Virus record (IMG/VR): IMGVR_UViG_3300010403_000705
Span: 368,845-432,844 of that record
Direction: 5' to 3' (one strand)
DNA: 64,000 bases
Within the stretch, counting starts at the first letter, position 1, and each line of letters starts with the position of its first letter. Position numbers and translations under genes: made by a program. The notes below the pieces were generated by a model. The model searched no databases and was not told the DNA's origin. It saw only the letters and a list, made by a program, of their open reading frames with translations. Shown piece by piece: positions 45,745 through 54,119 of this stretch.

Positions 45745-46323
45745 ATGAATAAATTTTCTTCTCTGTTAGAAAAAATTTCAGTTTATGAATTAATAACTAA
45801 CGCAAGAAAAATTCATGGTCCATACAAAAGACGAGATGGTCGTCAAATAGTAATTGTTGTGAATGATGATGGAACTAGAAGAACAGTTAGTTATCCAAAA
45901 TTTTTGGTTGAGGAACACCTTGGAAGAATATTAGACCCAGATTTGGAAACAATTGATCATATTGATAGCAATTTTGATAATAACAATTTAGATAATCTTA
46001 GGATAGTAGAGCGATCTCAGCATTCTGGGGACGATACTCGTAGGGTTAAATTAGTAAAATTTGACTGTGCATGGTGTGGTAAAGAGTTTGAGCGTAGTCC
46101 GCGTTTAGTTAGAGATAAAGCTAAAAAGAATAAAGCTGGTCCCTTTTGTTCTAGAGGATGTGCTGGTAAATATAGTCGTATGTTACAACTAAAATTAATA
46201 GATAAAATGGATAGCCAAAAAGCAGTAGACAGTGAGTATTATAAAAGAAAATATGTTACTGCTTCTTCTATACTTGTCTTAGGAGATTTATTTATTGATT
46301 ATTTATGTGACATTTGGGAATAA
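45745..46323 (+). CDS. HNH endonuclease with C-terminal zinc finger
   Basis: EEHLGR..IDHIDSNFDNNNLDNL; CAWCGKEF...FCSRGC. Confidence 0.8.
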   Translation: MNKFSSLLEKISVYELITNARKIHGPYKRRDGRQIVIVVNDDGTRRTVSYPKFLVEEHLGRILDPDLETIDHIDSNFDNNNLDNLRIVERSQHSGDDTRRVKLVKFDCAWCGKEFERSPRLVRDKAKKNKAGPFCSRGCAGKYSRMLQLKLIDKMDSQKAVDSEYYKRKYVTASSILVLGDLFIDYLCDIWE

Positions 46324-46341
46324 ATTTTAGGATAAAATATT

Positions 46342-47040
46342 ATGGAAAATAAGATAGTCACTACTGTTGCTGCGATTGGAGAAGCGGAAGCTAATTATGA
46401 TGTCGCAACTTTTACCTTGTCTATTTTGGTAGAAGATGTGTTGTTGTCTTCGGTGAAAGATAGGTTACAAAATCAGATTACTACTTTAGATCAGATTGTT
46501 AAAGAAATGTTGGAGTTGCATCAAATTAAAATTAAAGATTCAATAAATACTGATACAAGTATCATTAGTAAATTACGTTGGGATAATATCAGAGTAGAAA
46601 ATGTACCTGATGGTTTTCAAGGCGTGTATTGTATAAAATTTCAAACCGAATCAATGGATAAAGTTAGTTCATTATATAATGAATTATCATTGTTGCATAA
46701 TGTAACTGTTCAAAAGCCTGCTTTTAGCATAAAAAACTCAGATCGTTTAGCTAGAAAAGCACTTAAAAACGCTTGGAAAAAAGTAAATGAAAGATTTACT
46801 GATGAATGTGAAATTTTGGGTTTGAATGTAGATGACTATGAAATAATGAATTGGGATGTGTTATATCCAGATTCACAAAAAAATAGCTTATTGCTCGGAC
46901 ATAAGAAGCCTTATGTTGAAGTAGGTCTTATAGGTCAAGAAATTCAGAATCCAGCATTGATAGTTAATGTCAATGCTGAAGTAGCAAAAGTGGCAAAAAT
47001 GTCAGTAAATTTAAATGTTTCCTTTAAGAAAAAGGAATAA
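46342..47040 (+). CDS. SIMPL (DUF541) domain-like protein
   Basis: GEAEANYDVATFTL, helix, ALKNA, final strand VNLNVSF. Confidence 0.6.
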   Translation: MENKIVTTVAAIGEAEANYDVATFTLSILVEDVLLSSVKDRLQNQITTLDQIVKEMLELHQIKIKDSINTDTSIISKLRWDNIRVENVPDGFQGVYCIKFQTESMDKVSSLYNELSLLHNVTVQKPAFSIKNSDRLARKALKNAWKKVNERFTDECEILGLNVDDYEIMNWDVLYPDSQKNSLLLGHKKPYVEVGLIGQEIQNPALIVNVNAEVAKVAKMSVNLNVSFKKKE

Positions 47041-47070
47041 TATAGTCATTTGAAAGATTTTATAAAACAT

Positions 47071-47438
47071 ATATAGTTGGTTAAGATAATCGCTGCCAAT
47101 TTTAATTGGGAGAGGAAGTTCCGAACACCAATAAAGCAGAGTGCCAGTTAACGGCTGGGTGCAGTGATGCAACTGAAAGTGTAACAGAAAATAAACCGCC
47201 TGTAAAGGTAAGGGTGAAATGGTGAAAAATGGCGAACTAAGAGTGCGCCATGTGTAAGAGACCACCGCATATTTGGTAACAAATATGGCAATACAAACCA
47301 CACTCGGTGCAAGACAAATAGAAAACGTTTGAGAATCGCTTATTCGATGTTTTCGGGTTGTTGCTTGATCCAAATAGTGATATTTGGACTAGATTAATGA
47401 TTATCCTAGACAGAATTCGGGCTACTTATTAACTATAT
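47071..47438 (+). ncRNA. rnpB: RNase P RNA (bacterial type A-like)
   Basis: GAGGAAGTTCCG(AAC), GAAAGTGTAACAGAAA, AGGGTGAAA, GTGCAAGAC, ACAGAATTCGGGCTA; P1 ATATAGTTGGT/ATTAACTATAT. Confidence 0.92.
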
Positions 47439-47472
47439 TTCTTTTATAAAAGTTATCTAAAACATCAATACC

Positions 47473-48141
47473 ATGAAAATACCTCTTATTTATCCCAAAA
47501 TTCCTAATGGTAATAATTGCACTCTTAAAGAATGTACCGCTTTTGAGAAATTAGATGGCACCAATATTCATTTTGTATGGGAAAAATTGGCGTACCAAAT
47601 ATTAGGAAACGGGTGGGTTTCTTTTGGTACAAGGCGTGATAGTTTTTCTTTGGAAACAAAAGAAATAGATAATTTTGTATTTAAACATCCAAATTTGAAA
47701 TTGGTTATACCAGATTTTGAGGATAGATTAAGTGAAGATTTAAATAAAAAATTTGGTTCTTCTAATTATGAGAGAGTCCGTTTGTTTACAGAGTTCTTAG
47801 GAGCCAATTCTTTTGCGGGCACACATGATAAAAATGAAAAACAATATCATACAATAATAGATTTGCAAATAGATCAGCAATTAGGCGATAATTCTTTTCT
47901 TGATCCAAAATCATTTATTAATGGGTATAAAATGTTTGGTATACCAAAAGTAGTATACCAGGGTAAATATACTGGGCAATTTGTACAAGATGTGAGGACT
48001 GGAAAATATTTAGTTAATGAGGGTGTAGTTTGTAAAGGTATTGTAGATAATAAAATCTATAGAGTAAAAATTAAAACTGATGCTTATTTAAGAAAATTGA
48101 AAAACGTATTTCATAATTCTTGGCAAGATTATTGGGAATAA
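47473..48141 (+). CDS. RNA ligase-like nucleotidyltransferase
   Basis: YPKI, FEKLDGTN (motif I), EGVVCK, KIK. Confidence 0.75.
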   Translation: MKIPLIYPKIPNGNNCTLKECTAFEKLDGTNIHFVWEKLAYQILGNGWVSFGTRRDSFSLETKEIDNFVFKHPNLKLVIPDFEDRLSEDLNKKFGSSNYERVRLFTEFLGANSFAGTHDKNEKQYHTIIDLQIDQQLGDNSFLDPKSFINGYKMFGIPKVVYQGKYTGQFVQDVRTGKYLVNEGVVCKGIVDNKIYRVKIKTDAYLRKLKNVFHNSWQDYWE

Positions 48142-48158
48142 ATTAGATTGGAAAGAAA

Positions 48159-48497
48159 ATGAAGGTTCTATCTCTAAAAGATTTCACTAGAGGATGGATT
48201 GTGGGAAAATTCGAACCTAATCTTTATACTAAAGATTACGAGCTTGGCTTTAAGTATTATCAAAAAGGAGAATGTGAAAAATTTCACACCCATCTTCTTA
48301 GTGATGAGGTAACCATCGTTCTTTTAGGAGAAATACAAATGAATTATCAGGTTTATAGGGAAGGAGATATAATAATTCAAGAAAAGGGTGAATTTACAGA
48401 TTTCATATGTCTCTCAGACAAAGCTATTACCGCAGTATATAGACCAGACGGTTCTTTTCCAAATGATAAAATTATTATAAAAAGTGATTATGAGTGA
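48159..48497 (+). CDS. Cupin domain protein
   Basis: RGWIVGKFEP, HTH...E. Confidence 0.7.
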   Translation: MKVLSLKDFTRGWIVGKFEPNLYTKDYELGFKYYQKGECEKFHTHLLSDEVTIVLLGEIQMNYQVYREGDIIIQEKGEFTDFICLSDKAITAVYRPDGSFPNDKIIIKSDYE

Positions 48498-48690
48498 ACA
48501 ATTAAGAGATGTTTTGATCTTTATTTTCGAAGAAGGTTTAGATGAAGATGCGTTTTATAGATCAAACCAATATAGTGATATGTCCCTTGATAAGTTAATA
48601 AAAGAAAGATTATCTTTTAGCAGCGAGTGTTTAGAGGCAACATTACTGGATTTGTTGATTGTGAATGTACAAAATAAGATTGGAAAGTAA
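48484..48690 (+). CDS. Hypothetical protein
   Basis: 68 aa ORF. Confidence 0.5.
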   Translation: MIMSEQLRDVLIFIFEEGLDEDAFYRSNQYSDMSLDKLIKERLSFSSECLEATLLDLLIVNVQNKIGK

Positions 48691-48692
48691 AA

Positions 48693-49046
48693 GTGAAATT
48701 TAATATTAAAATTTGTATTCATTGCAATGAAGAATTTGATTTTACTTCTCCTGCTAAAAAGTCGGCAGGCGGTCTAATAAATGAGTGCCCAGAGTGCTCC
48801 TGTGAGAATGTTATAAAATACGCTGGTGTCCAAGCCGCCGACGGTAAGCAAGCGCAGGCTACAATTTTAAAATTTGATACTGCCGCCGACCGTAGCCGAT
48901 ACTTAGATTTCTGGAAAAATAATTCTGGTTTACATAAAGGTAAATCTTGTCAATTAGGTAACCATCTTTCTACAACTCCTGGAATAAAATTCCAAACAAT
49001 TATGGCATTTAAACCGACAAATCATAAAGGTAAAAATAATACGTAA
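48693..49046 (+). CDS. Zinc-ribbon hypothetical protein
   Basis: CIHC...CPEC. Confidence 0.65.
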   Translation: MKFNIKICIHCNEEFDFTSPAKKSAGGLINECPECSCENVIKYAGVQAADGKQAQATILKFDTAADRSRYLDFWKNNSGLHKGKSCQLGNHLSTTPGIKFQTIMAFKPTNHKGKNNT

Positions 49047-49066
49047 TTATTTTTAATTACATAAGA

Positions 49067-49094
49067 TTGACGAATTAAGCGCGGTGATTATAAT
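49067..49094 (+). promoter_or_regulatory. Sigma70-type promoter
   Basis: TTGACG-N16-TATAAT. Confidence 0.65.
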
Positions 49095-49142
49095 TTGTAT
49101 TATCAAAAAATGGCAATTAAGCCATAAAACTGGAGATTAAAA

Positions 49143-49484
49143 ATGAATAAAAATAAAAACATTTTAAATATGTTAGAAACGGTCGAGCGTATATTTGAAG
49201 CAACAAATTCTGCTGTGGAAGGAATGAATGAAGGTGATCGCATTCAACTAAAAGAGTTAGCTCAGACTGTAGGTCTTGCGGTAGCAATGGAGCCAAAAAA
49301 TGTGTTAAGTTTTGTCAATCATTTTGTTCATAATAGTGATATAGCATATGTGACTAGAGGAAAAAATGGCGGTGTAATTAGAGGTAGTAAAAATTCTAAG
49401 GTCATTAAAAGTATCAAAAATACAAAATCAACTCGTGATCCATCAGTGGAGTTAGTGGATCCTGCTGACGATTTAGAGGAATGA
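49143..49484 (+). CDS. Putative winged-helix DNA-binding protein
   Basis: LKELAQTV...YVTRGKNGGVIR. Confidence 0.55.
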   Translation: MNKNKNILNMLETVERIFEATNSAVEGMNEGDRIQLKELAQTVGLAVAMEPKNVLSFVNHFVHNSDIAYVTRGKNGGVIRGSKNSKVIKSIKNTKSTRDPSVELVDPADDLEE

Positions 49485-49556
49485 TTTTGTCGAGTCAAAA
49501 GTTTTTTTTGACTCGTTTTATAGGGTTGTTGACCCTAAATAAAACGGAAAGTAATT

Positions 49557-50093
49557 ATGGGTATTAATCTTGAGATTGAAAGAAGATTTTTAGTTAATTT
49601 TCCATCCTCTTGGGCTGAATTAGCAGAGATGTTTGATGGTTTAATAGATGTAAAAAGAATTAGTCAGACCTATCTAGAACCAGAGGAAGGCAAGCCATCA
49701 AGTAGAGTTCGAAAGACTGTAGAAGGTTTGACTGGAGAAACAAATACAGTTTTTCATTTCAATCAAAAGAAGTTTATTAAACCAGGTGTTAATGAAGAGA
49801 AAGAACATGAAATTTCTAGAAATCAGTACGAAAAGTATCTACAGAAATTTCATCCTGATAAAGTTACGTTAGAAAAAACACGATTCGTTTTTAAATATAA
49901 TGATCAGGTTTTTGAACTAGATGTTTTTAAAGGACCCTTAAAAGGTCTGGCTATCTTAGAGATAGAATTAGATAGTATGGATGAGAAAATAGAACTTCCA
50001 CCTTTTTTAAAAATAATAGAAGAGGTTACAACAGATAGAAAATTCAATAATTTCACTTTATCTAATAAAAATCTTGTCAAGAAATTGAAATAA
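49557..50093 (+). CDS. CYTH domain (triphosphate tunnel) protein
   Basis: LEIERRFLV, QTYL, EKTR, FELDVF, LEIEL, EVT.DRKFNN. Confidence 0.88.
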   Translation: MGINLEIERRFLVNFPSSWAELAEMFDGLIDVKRISQTYLEPEEGKPSSRVRKTVEGLTGETNTVFHFNQKKFIKPGVNEEKEHEISRNQYEKYLQKFHPDKVTLEKTRFVFKYNDQVFELDVFKGPLKGLAILEIELDSMDEKIELPPFLKIIEEVTTDRKFNNFTLSNKNLVKKLK

Positions 50094-50101
50094 GGTATTA
50101 T

Positions 50102-50563
50102 ATGGGAATAGATTACTACTCAAAATCTGGTTTAGGAATTATAGTTACTCTAGATAATCTTACAATTTTTAAGAAAGAAAAAACTTTTCCTCATGATAAT
50201 TTTCCAGAAGATTGGGAAGTACATCCAAAAACAGGTAAAAGATTATGGCGGACAGTAATTTTTTATAATCCTATTGTTTTCCCGGAACGGAAAAATGTTG
50301 AATATGAAGGATTATATAATGCATCTGTTGGAGGTTATGACATTATCCCACTTGATCATGGGATGCGCGAAGGTAATGAATTTCTAATCTGCTTGGACTC
50401 TGCCGTTACTGATTCTCATAGAAACGGTGAGAGTATCGCTTATTGTAAAATTGATCCAAATTCTTTTTTAAATAGATTTGAAAAATTTAAATCTTGTATG
50501 GATCAAAAGGGTCTTTGGAATGATAGTTTTGGTTTGTATTCTTATTTAAAAATAAGTGTATAA
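50102..50563 (+). CDS. Hypothetical protein
   Basis: 153 aa ORF. Confidence 0.65.
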   Translation: MGIDYYSKSGLGIIVTLDNLTIFKKEKTFPHDNFPEDWEVHPKTGKRLWRTVIFYNPIVFPERKNVEYEGLYNASVGGYDIIPLDHGMREGNEFLICLDSAVTDSHRNGESIAYCKIDPNSFLNRFEKFKSCMDQKGLWNDSFGLYSYLKISV

Positions 50564-50570
50564 GTAGATT

Positions 50571-50837
50571 ATGCATCCAGAAGTTAAAGAATTTTGGGAA
50601 CATCATTATAAAAAAGATATTATTGAAAATATAAGTCCAAGATATTATTATATCTCACCCTTAGGCAATAAAAATGGTATAATAATATTAGCTATGTCAT
50701 TTAAAGTAGCGGAAGTAATTAATAATGATAATACGGATTTGTCAAAATTTGATACAAATAAATTAGTATATTTATGGGAAGGGCTTCATACTGAGAATGA
50801 AATGCTGAAGCGTATTAAATTAATAAATTTTTTATGA
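50571..50837 (+). CDS. MHPE-family paralog 1 (F-x tail)
   Basis: MHPEVKEFW...EMLKRIKLINFL*. Confidence 0.7.
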   Translation: MHPEVKEFWEHHYKKDIIENISPRYYYISPLGNKNGIIILAMSFKVAEVINNDNTDLSKFDTNKLVYLWEGLHTENEMLKRIKLINFL

Positions 50838-51067
50838 ACGTCGAGATAAAACAGTATTGGATTAAAAAATTGCAAAAAGATCAGATTTTGATTCCTATAG
50901 AAAATGGATGCTGGAGAGTGCAAGTTAAAAATCAAGATAATACTTGGTTTGCGATTGCCATATTACCTCCTAATAATGTATGGGAGTATCTTTTAGATAA
51001 AGAAGAATGGAAGTTTTATTCTGAATCGGAAGCTTTAAGAAGAATAAGATTAAAATCATTTTGGTAG
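50834..51067 (+). CDS. MHPE-family paralog 2 (F-x tail)
   Basis: EIKQYW...YSESEALRRIRLKSFW*. Confidence 0.7.
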   Translation: MNVEIKQYWIKKLQKDQILIPIENGCWRVQVKNQDNTWFAIAILPPNNVWEYLLDKEEWKFYSESEALRRIRLKSFW

Positions 51068-51078
51068 AGTAATAAAAT

Positions 51079-51324
51079 ATGCATCCAGAAATCATTAAAT
51101 TTTGGAGACAAAATTTTCCTATAGGCAGTATTAAAGGTATTGGTATAGAAATTTATTTTATAATTTCTGATATTGATTATTATAACCAAGGTGGTCTGCC
51201 TCTACCGTTGACTAACGATATTATATACATGAGTTCAAAAACAAATGAACCTTATCAATTGAATAATAAATGGTATTCTGAGGAAATAATGTTGAAAATG
51301 ATTTATTTGAAACCCTTTTTGTGA
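51079..51324 (+). CDS. MHPE-family paralog 3 (F-x tail)
   Basis: MHPEIIKFW...YSEEIMLKMIYLKPFL*. Confidence 0.7.
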   Translation: MHPEIIKFWRQNFPIGSIKGIGIEIYFIISDIDYYNQGGLPLPLTNDIIYMSSKTNEPYQLNNKWYSEEIMLKMIYLKPFL

Positions 51325-51356
51325 TTTATAAAATATAATACGATAATTATTTTGAT

Positions 51357-51620
51357 ATGAGTATACATTCTGATATTAAGAAATTTTGGGAAGATGCTGG
51401 GTACTACATTTCTTCTATAAGAATTTGGGATAAAAATAGAGATGATATAAAAGGTTGGCATAGATATGCCCCACCAGATTTTATAAAAAACAAGATTATT
51501 GCGCGCCATTTTGACATTGACGGTAAACTTGAAATACAATATTTTTTAGATCCATCTGATGGTAATAAATATACCGAGGAAGAAATGTTAAGGTTAATTA
51601 AATTAAAAGGATTTTTATAA
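51357..51620 (+). CDS. MHPE-family paralog 4 (F-x tail)
   Basis: HSDIKKFW...YTEEEMLRLIKLKGFL*. Confidence 0.7.
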   Translation: MSIHSDIKKFWEDAGYYISSIRIWDKNRDDIKGWHRYAPPDFIKNKIIARHFDIDGKLEIQYFLDPSDGNKYTEEEMLRLIKLKGFL

Positions 51621-51627
51621 TATAATT

Positions 51628-51882
51628 ATGCATCCAGAAATTAGAAAGTTTTGGGAAAAAAAATTTCCCATAGGTAGTGTTAAACTTGGTAATACACAGA
51701 TTTATTTTGTGTCTTCTGGTAATACCAAAATTTTTATGGGTGATTTGCTATCAACACATGACGACATCATATATATGGAGTCAAAGACAAAAACTTTACC
51801 CTTTAAGCCATATAAGGTTAATGATAAGTGGTATTCTGAACAAGAAATGTTAAAATTAATTAAGTTAAAGTCCTTTTGGTGA
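51628..51882 (+). CDS. MHPE-family paralog 5 (F-x tail)
   Basis: MHPEIRKFW...YSEQEMLKLIKLKSFW*. Confidence 0.7.
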   Translation: MHPEIRKFWEKKFPIGSVKLGNTQIYFVSSGNTKIFMGDLLSTHDDIIYMESKTKTLPFKPYKVNDKWYSEQEMLKLIKLKSFW

Positions 51883-51911
51883 ATATCGAGATATATAGAT
51901 AGTCTTAATGT

Positions 51912-51988
51912 GTCGTCGTACTCAAATGGATTAAGAGGCGAATCTGCAAAATTCGTATTTGTCCGTTCGAATCGGACCGACGACTCCA
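51912..51988 (+). tRNA. tRNA-Cys(GCA)
   Basis: Loop CTGCAAA, U73, CCA. Confidence 0.92.
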
Positions 51989-51990
51989 AT

Positions 51991-52078
51991 GGAAGATGAA
52001 TTAGCTAGGGGCTAAGCATGCCTGGAAAGCATGTCGTACTCGCAAGGGTATTTGGGTCGGAACCAACTTCTTCCTCCA
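51991..52078 (+). tRNA. tRNA-Ser(GGA), non-canonical 8/4-like
   Basis: Loop CTGGAAA, long variable arm, T arm TTGG-GTCGGAA-CCAA, U73, CCA. Confidence 0.75.
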
Positions 52079-52156
52079 AATATGAGCAGTAATTGTCAGC
52101 GTTAAGAATATTACTGATATATTCAATAAGTAATAGTTAACTTTTTGGAGGCATTT

Positions 52157-52585
52157 ATGAAACTAATATTATTAGCAATAGTGAGTACGTTTCTATTATC
52201 TTGTGTGCCAAATGGCAGCGCCTCAGGAGTAGGTGGGCATAGTTCTTCATCTGGCGACGTTTCTTCCTGTGTTTCATCAAGCTTTGTTTCATCAGGTGAA
52301 AATACATCTTGTATAAAATGTAATACAAGATTATTTACAACTATCGGTTATCCATTATGTGCAGAACCTCAGGATGGTGGCTTATCTAGTCAGCAAAAAT
52401 GGGATGCTCTGCAAAAATGTTCCTGTAGTGAAGGTGGAGTGTGTGCCAATATTTGTGCAAATAATTACTGTGTTAATTTAAATGGTTCAGCAGCTACTTC
52501 AGATTGTAATAATTGTATTCGTGCTAGTGAAGGATGTAGTAAATATTTTGATGAGTGTGCGCATGATACCAAAGATAACTACTGA
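52157..52585 (+). CDS. Cys-rich lipoprotein
   Basis: LLSC lipobox, Gly/Ser linker, many Cys. Confidence 0.7.
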   Translation: MKLILLAIVSTFLLSCVPNGSASGVGGHSSSSGDVSSCVSSSFVSSGENTSCIKCNTRLFTTIGYPLCAEPQDGGLSSQQKWDALQKCSCSEGGVCANICANNYCVNLNGSAATSDCNNCIRASEGCSKYFDECAHDTKDNY

Positions 52586-52613
52586 ACGTTTAAAGGATAT
52601 TTATTTAAATGTA

Positions 52614-52641
52614 TGCTCGTGATTATCGATAATCACGAGCA
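52614..52641. repeat. 28-bp perfect palindrome
   Basis: TGCTCGTGATTATCGATAATCACGAGCA. Confidence 0.85.
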
Positions 52642-52649
52642 GTTTATAT

Positions 52650-52736
52650 GGAAGGTCCACCCGATTGGGGACGGGATTTGCCTTGAAAACAAACGAGTGT
52701 AACAACCTTGGAGTTCGACTCTCTCACCTTCCGCCA
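52650..52736 (+). tRNA. tRNA-Ser(TGA)
   Basis: GGAAGGT/ACCTTCC-GCCA, loop CTTGAAA, variable arm. Confidence 0.8.
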
Positions 52737-52775
52737 ATTTTCCAACTAACAATATTTAAATATTTTTGTTGATTT

Positions 52776-53162
52776 ATGAAAACTGTTAAAGAATTAGTTA
52801 TTGAACATACAGATATGATTAAAAATATGGTTAAAGCTTCTGAAATTAAGTTTTTAGAACCTCACGAGTCGTTTAGTCCAACCACAATTGTTCAACCTGT
52901 GTATGTTTCAGATCAATTGATAGAGATTGGTGTGGATGTTGCAGACTGTGTTGATGTGGAAAAAGAATTTCAGAAAATAGATAAAGAACGTGCCAAGAAA
53001 CAAAAAGAGTTGATTGTTCTGAAAAATAAAATAAATAATGATGATTTTGTGAAAAGAGCTCCATCAGAAATAGTAGAAAAAGTGAGAAATTCAATTAGGA
53101 ATATTGAAGATTTTCTAGACTCTTTAACTTGTTCAGAAGAGAAATTAAAATTAAGTTTGTAA
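52776..53162 (+). CDS. Stand-alone ValRS C-terminal coiled-coil (tRNA-binding arm)
   Basis: VDVEKEFQKIDKE...KINNDDFVKRAPSEIVEKVR. Confidence 0.75.
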   Translation: MKTVKELVIEHTDMIKNMVKASEIKFLEPHESFSPTTIVQPVYVSDQLIEIGVDVADCVDVEKEFQKIDKERAKKQKELIVLKNKINNDDFVKRAPSEIVEKVRNSIRNIEDFLDSLTCSEEKLKLSL

Positions 53163-53189
53163 TATTTTCAATTTAATGAAAGTAAAATT

Positions 53190-54104
53190 ATGTCATTTAA
53201 GTTTGCTACGTTAGTCGGCTGTGCCATTGGTGATGCTTTAGGTAATCCATTCGAAACAAAATTATCATCATATCAACCTTTACAAGATTGGGATGGAACC
53301 TTCAAAGAAGGTGGAACATTTTGGTGGGGTCAACCAGGACAATATACTGATGATACATTGATGAGTTTAGGATTAGCTAATAGTTTAGTTCGCTGTAAGG
53401 GTTTTGATCCAGTAGATGCTGCCCAAGAATATTTAGCTTGGTATAATTCAAAAAATACGCGAGGTATTGGCGGCACAACTGCTCGAGCTATGCATAACTT
53501 AAAACAAGGTATTCCTTGGACACATAGTGGGATTACTGGCGACACAATTGGTGGTAATGGTACAGCTATGAGGGTATCTCCATTAGGAATCGTTTACAAA
53601 AACGATATCTATAAGCTACTGCAATATGCCATACAAGACGCTCAAATTACTCATAATGCAATAGAGCCAAAGCTAGGATCAATGGCAGTTGCAATTGGCA
53701 CAGCTATGTTAGCGTCTGGTAAATTTTCTTCGATAGATGTGTTAGAAAAATTAATAGAGATGTTGGTAGATTCTATAGTCAAATCTAAATTACTTTTAGT
53801 ACAAGAACATTTGAAAAAAGGTAGCGAACATAAAGATGCATTATTAGAAATTGGATCTTCTGGTTATGTTCCAGAAACTGTTGGAGCTGCTTATTACTGT
53901 TTACTAGCAAATAATAATTTCAAAGACACAGTGATTATGGCAGTTAAAGCAGGTGGTGATACAGATACCACTGCTGCAATTGCTGGAGCTATGGCTGGCA
54001 CCTTATATGGTATAGATGTCATTCCAGATGAATATAAAAATGGAGTTGAAAATTTTGAAATGCTTTCTTCATTAGATGAAGAACTTACTAATATCTTGAT
54101 ATAA
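53190..54104 (+). CDS. ADP-ribosylglycohydrolase (DraG/ARH family)
   Basis: GCAIGDALG, YTDDT, GNGTAMR, ITH, GGDTDTTAAIAGA. Confidence 0.92.
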   Translation: MSFKFATLVGCAIGDALGNPFETKLSSYQPLQDWDGTFKEGGTFWWGQPGQYTDDTLMSLGLANSLVRCKGFDPVDAAQEYLAWYNSKNTRGIGGTTARAMHNLKQGIPWTHSGITGDTIGGNGTAMRVSPLGIVYKNDIYKLLQYAIQDAQITHNAIEPKLGSMAVAIGTAMLASGKFSSIDVLEKLIEMLVDSIVKSKLLLVQEHLKKGSEHKDALLEIGSSGYVPETVGAAYYCLLANNNFKDTVIMAVKAGGDTDTTAAIAGAMAGTLYGIDVIPDEYKNGVENFEMLSSLDEELTNILI

Positions 54105-54119
54105 ACACATATCAGATAC

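Noticed and set aside
47011-47373. 120-aa minus-strand ORF
   Set aside because: Antisense to the RNase P RNA
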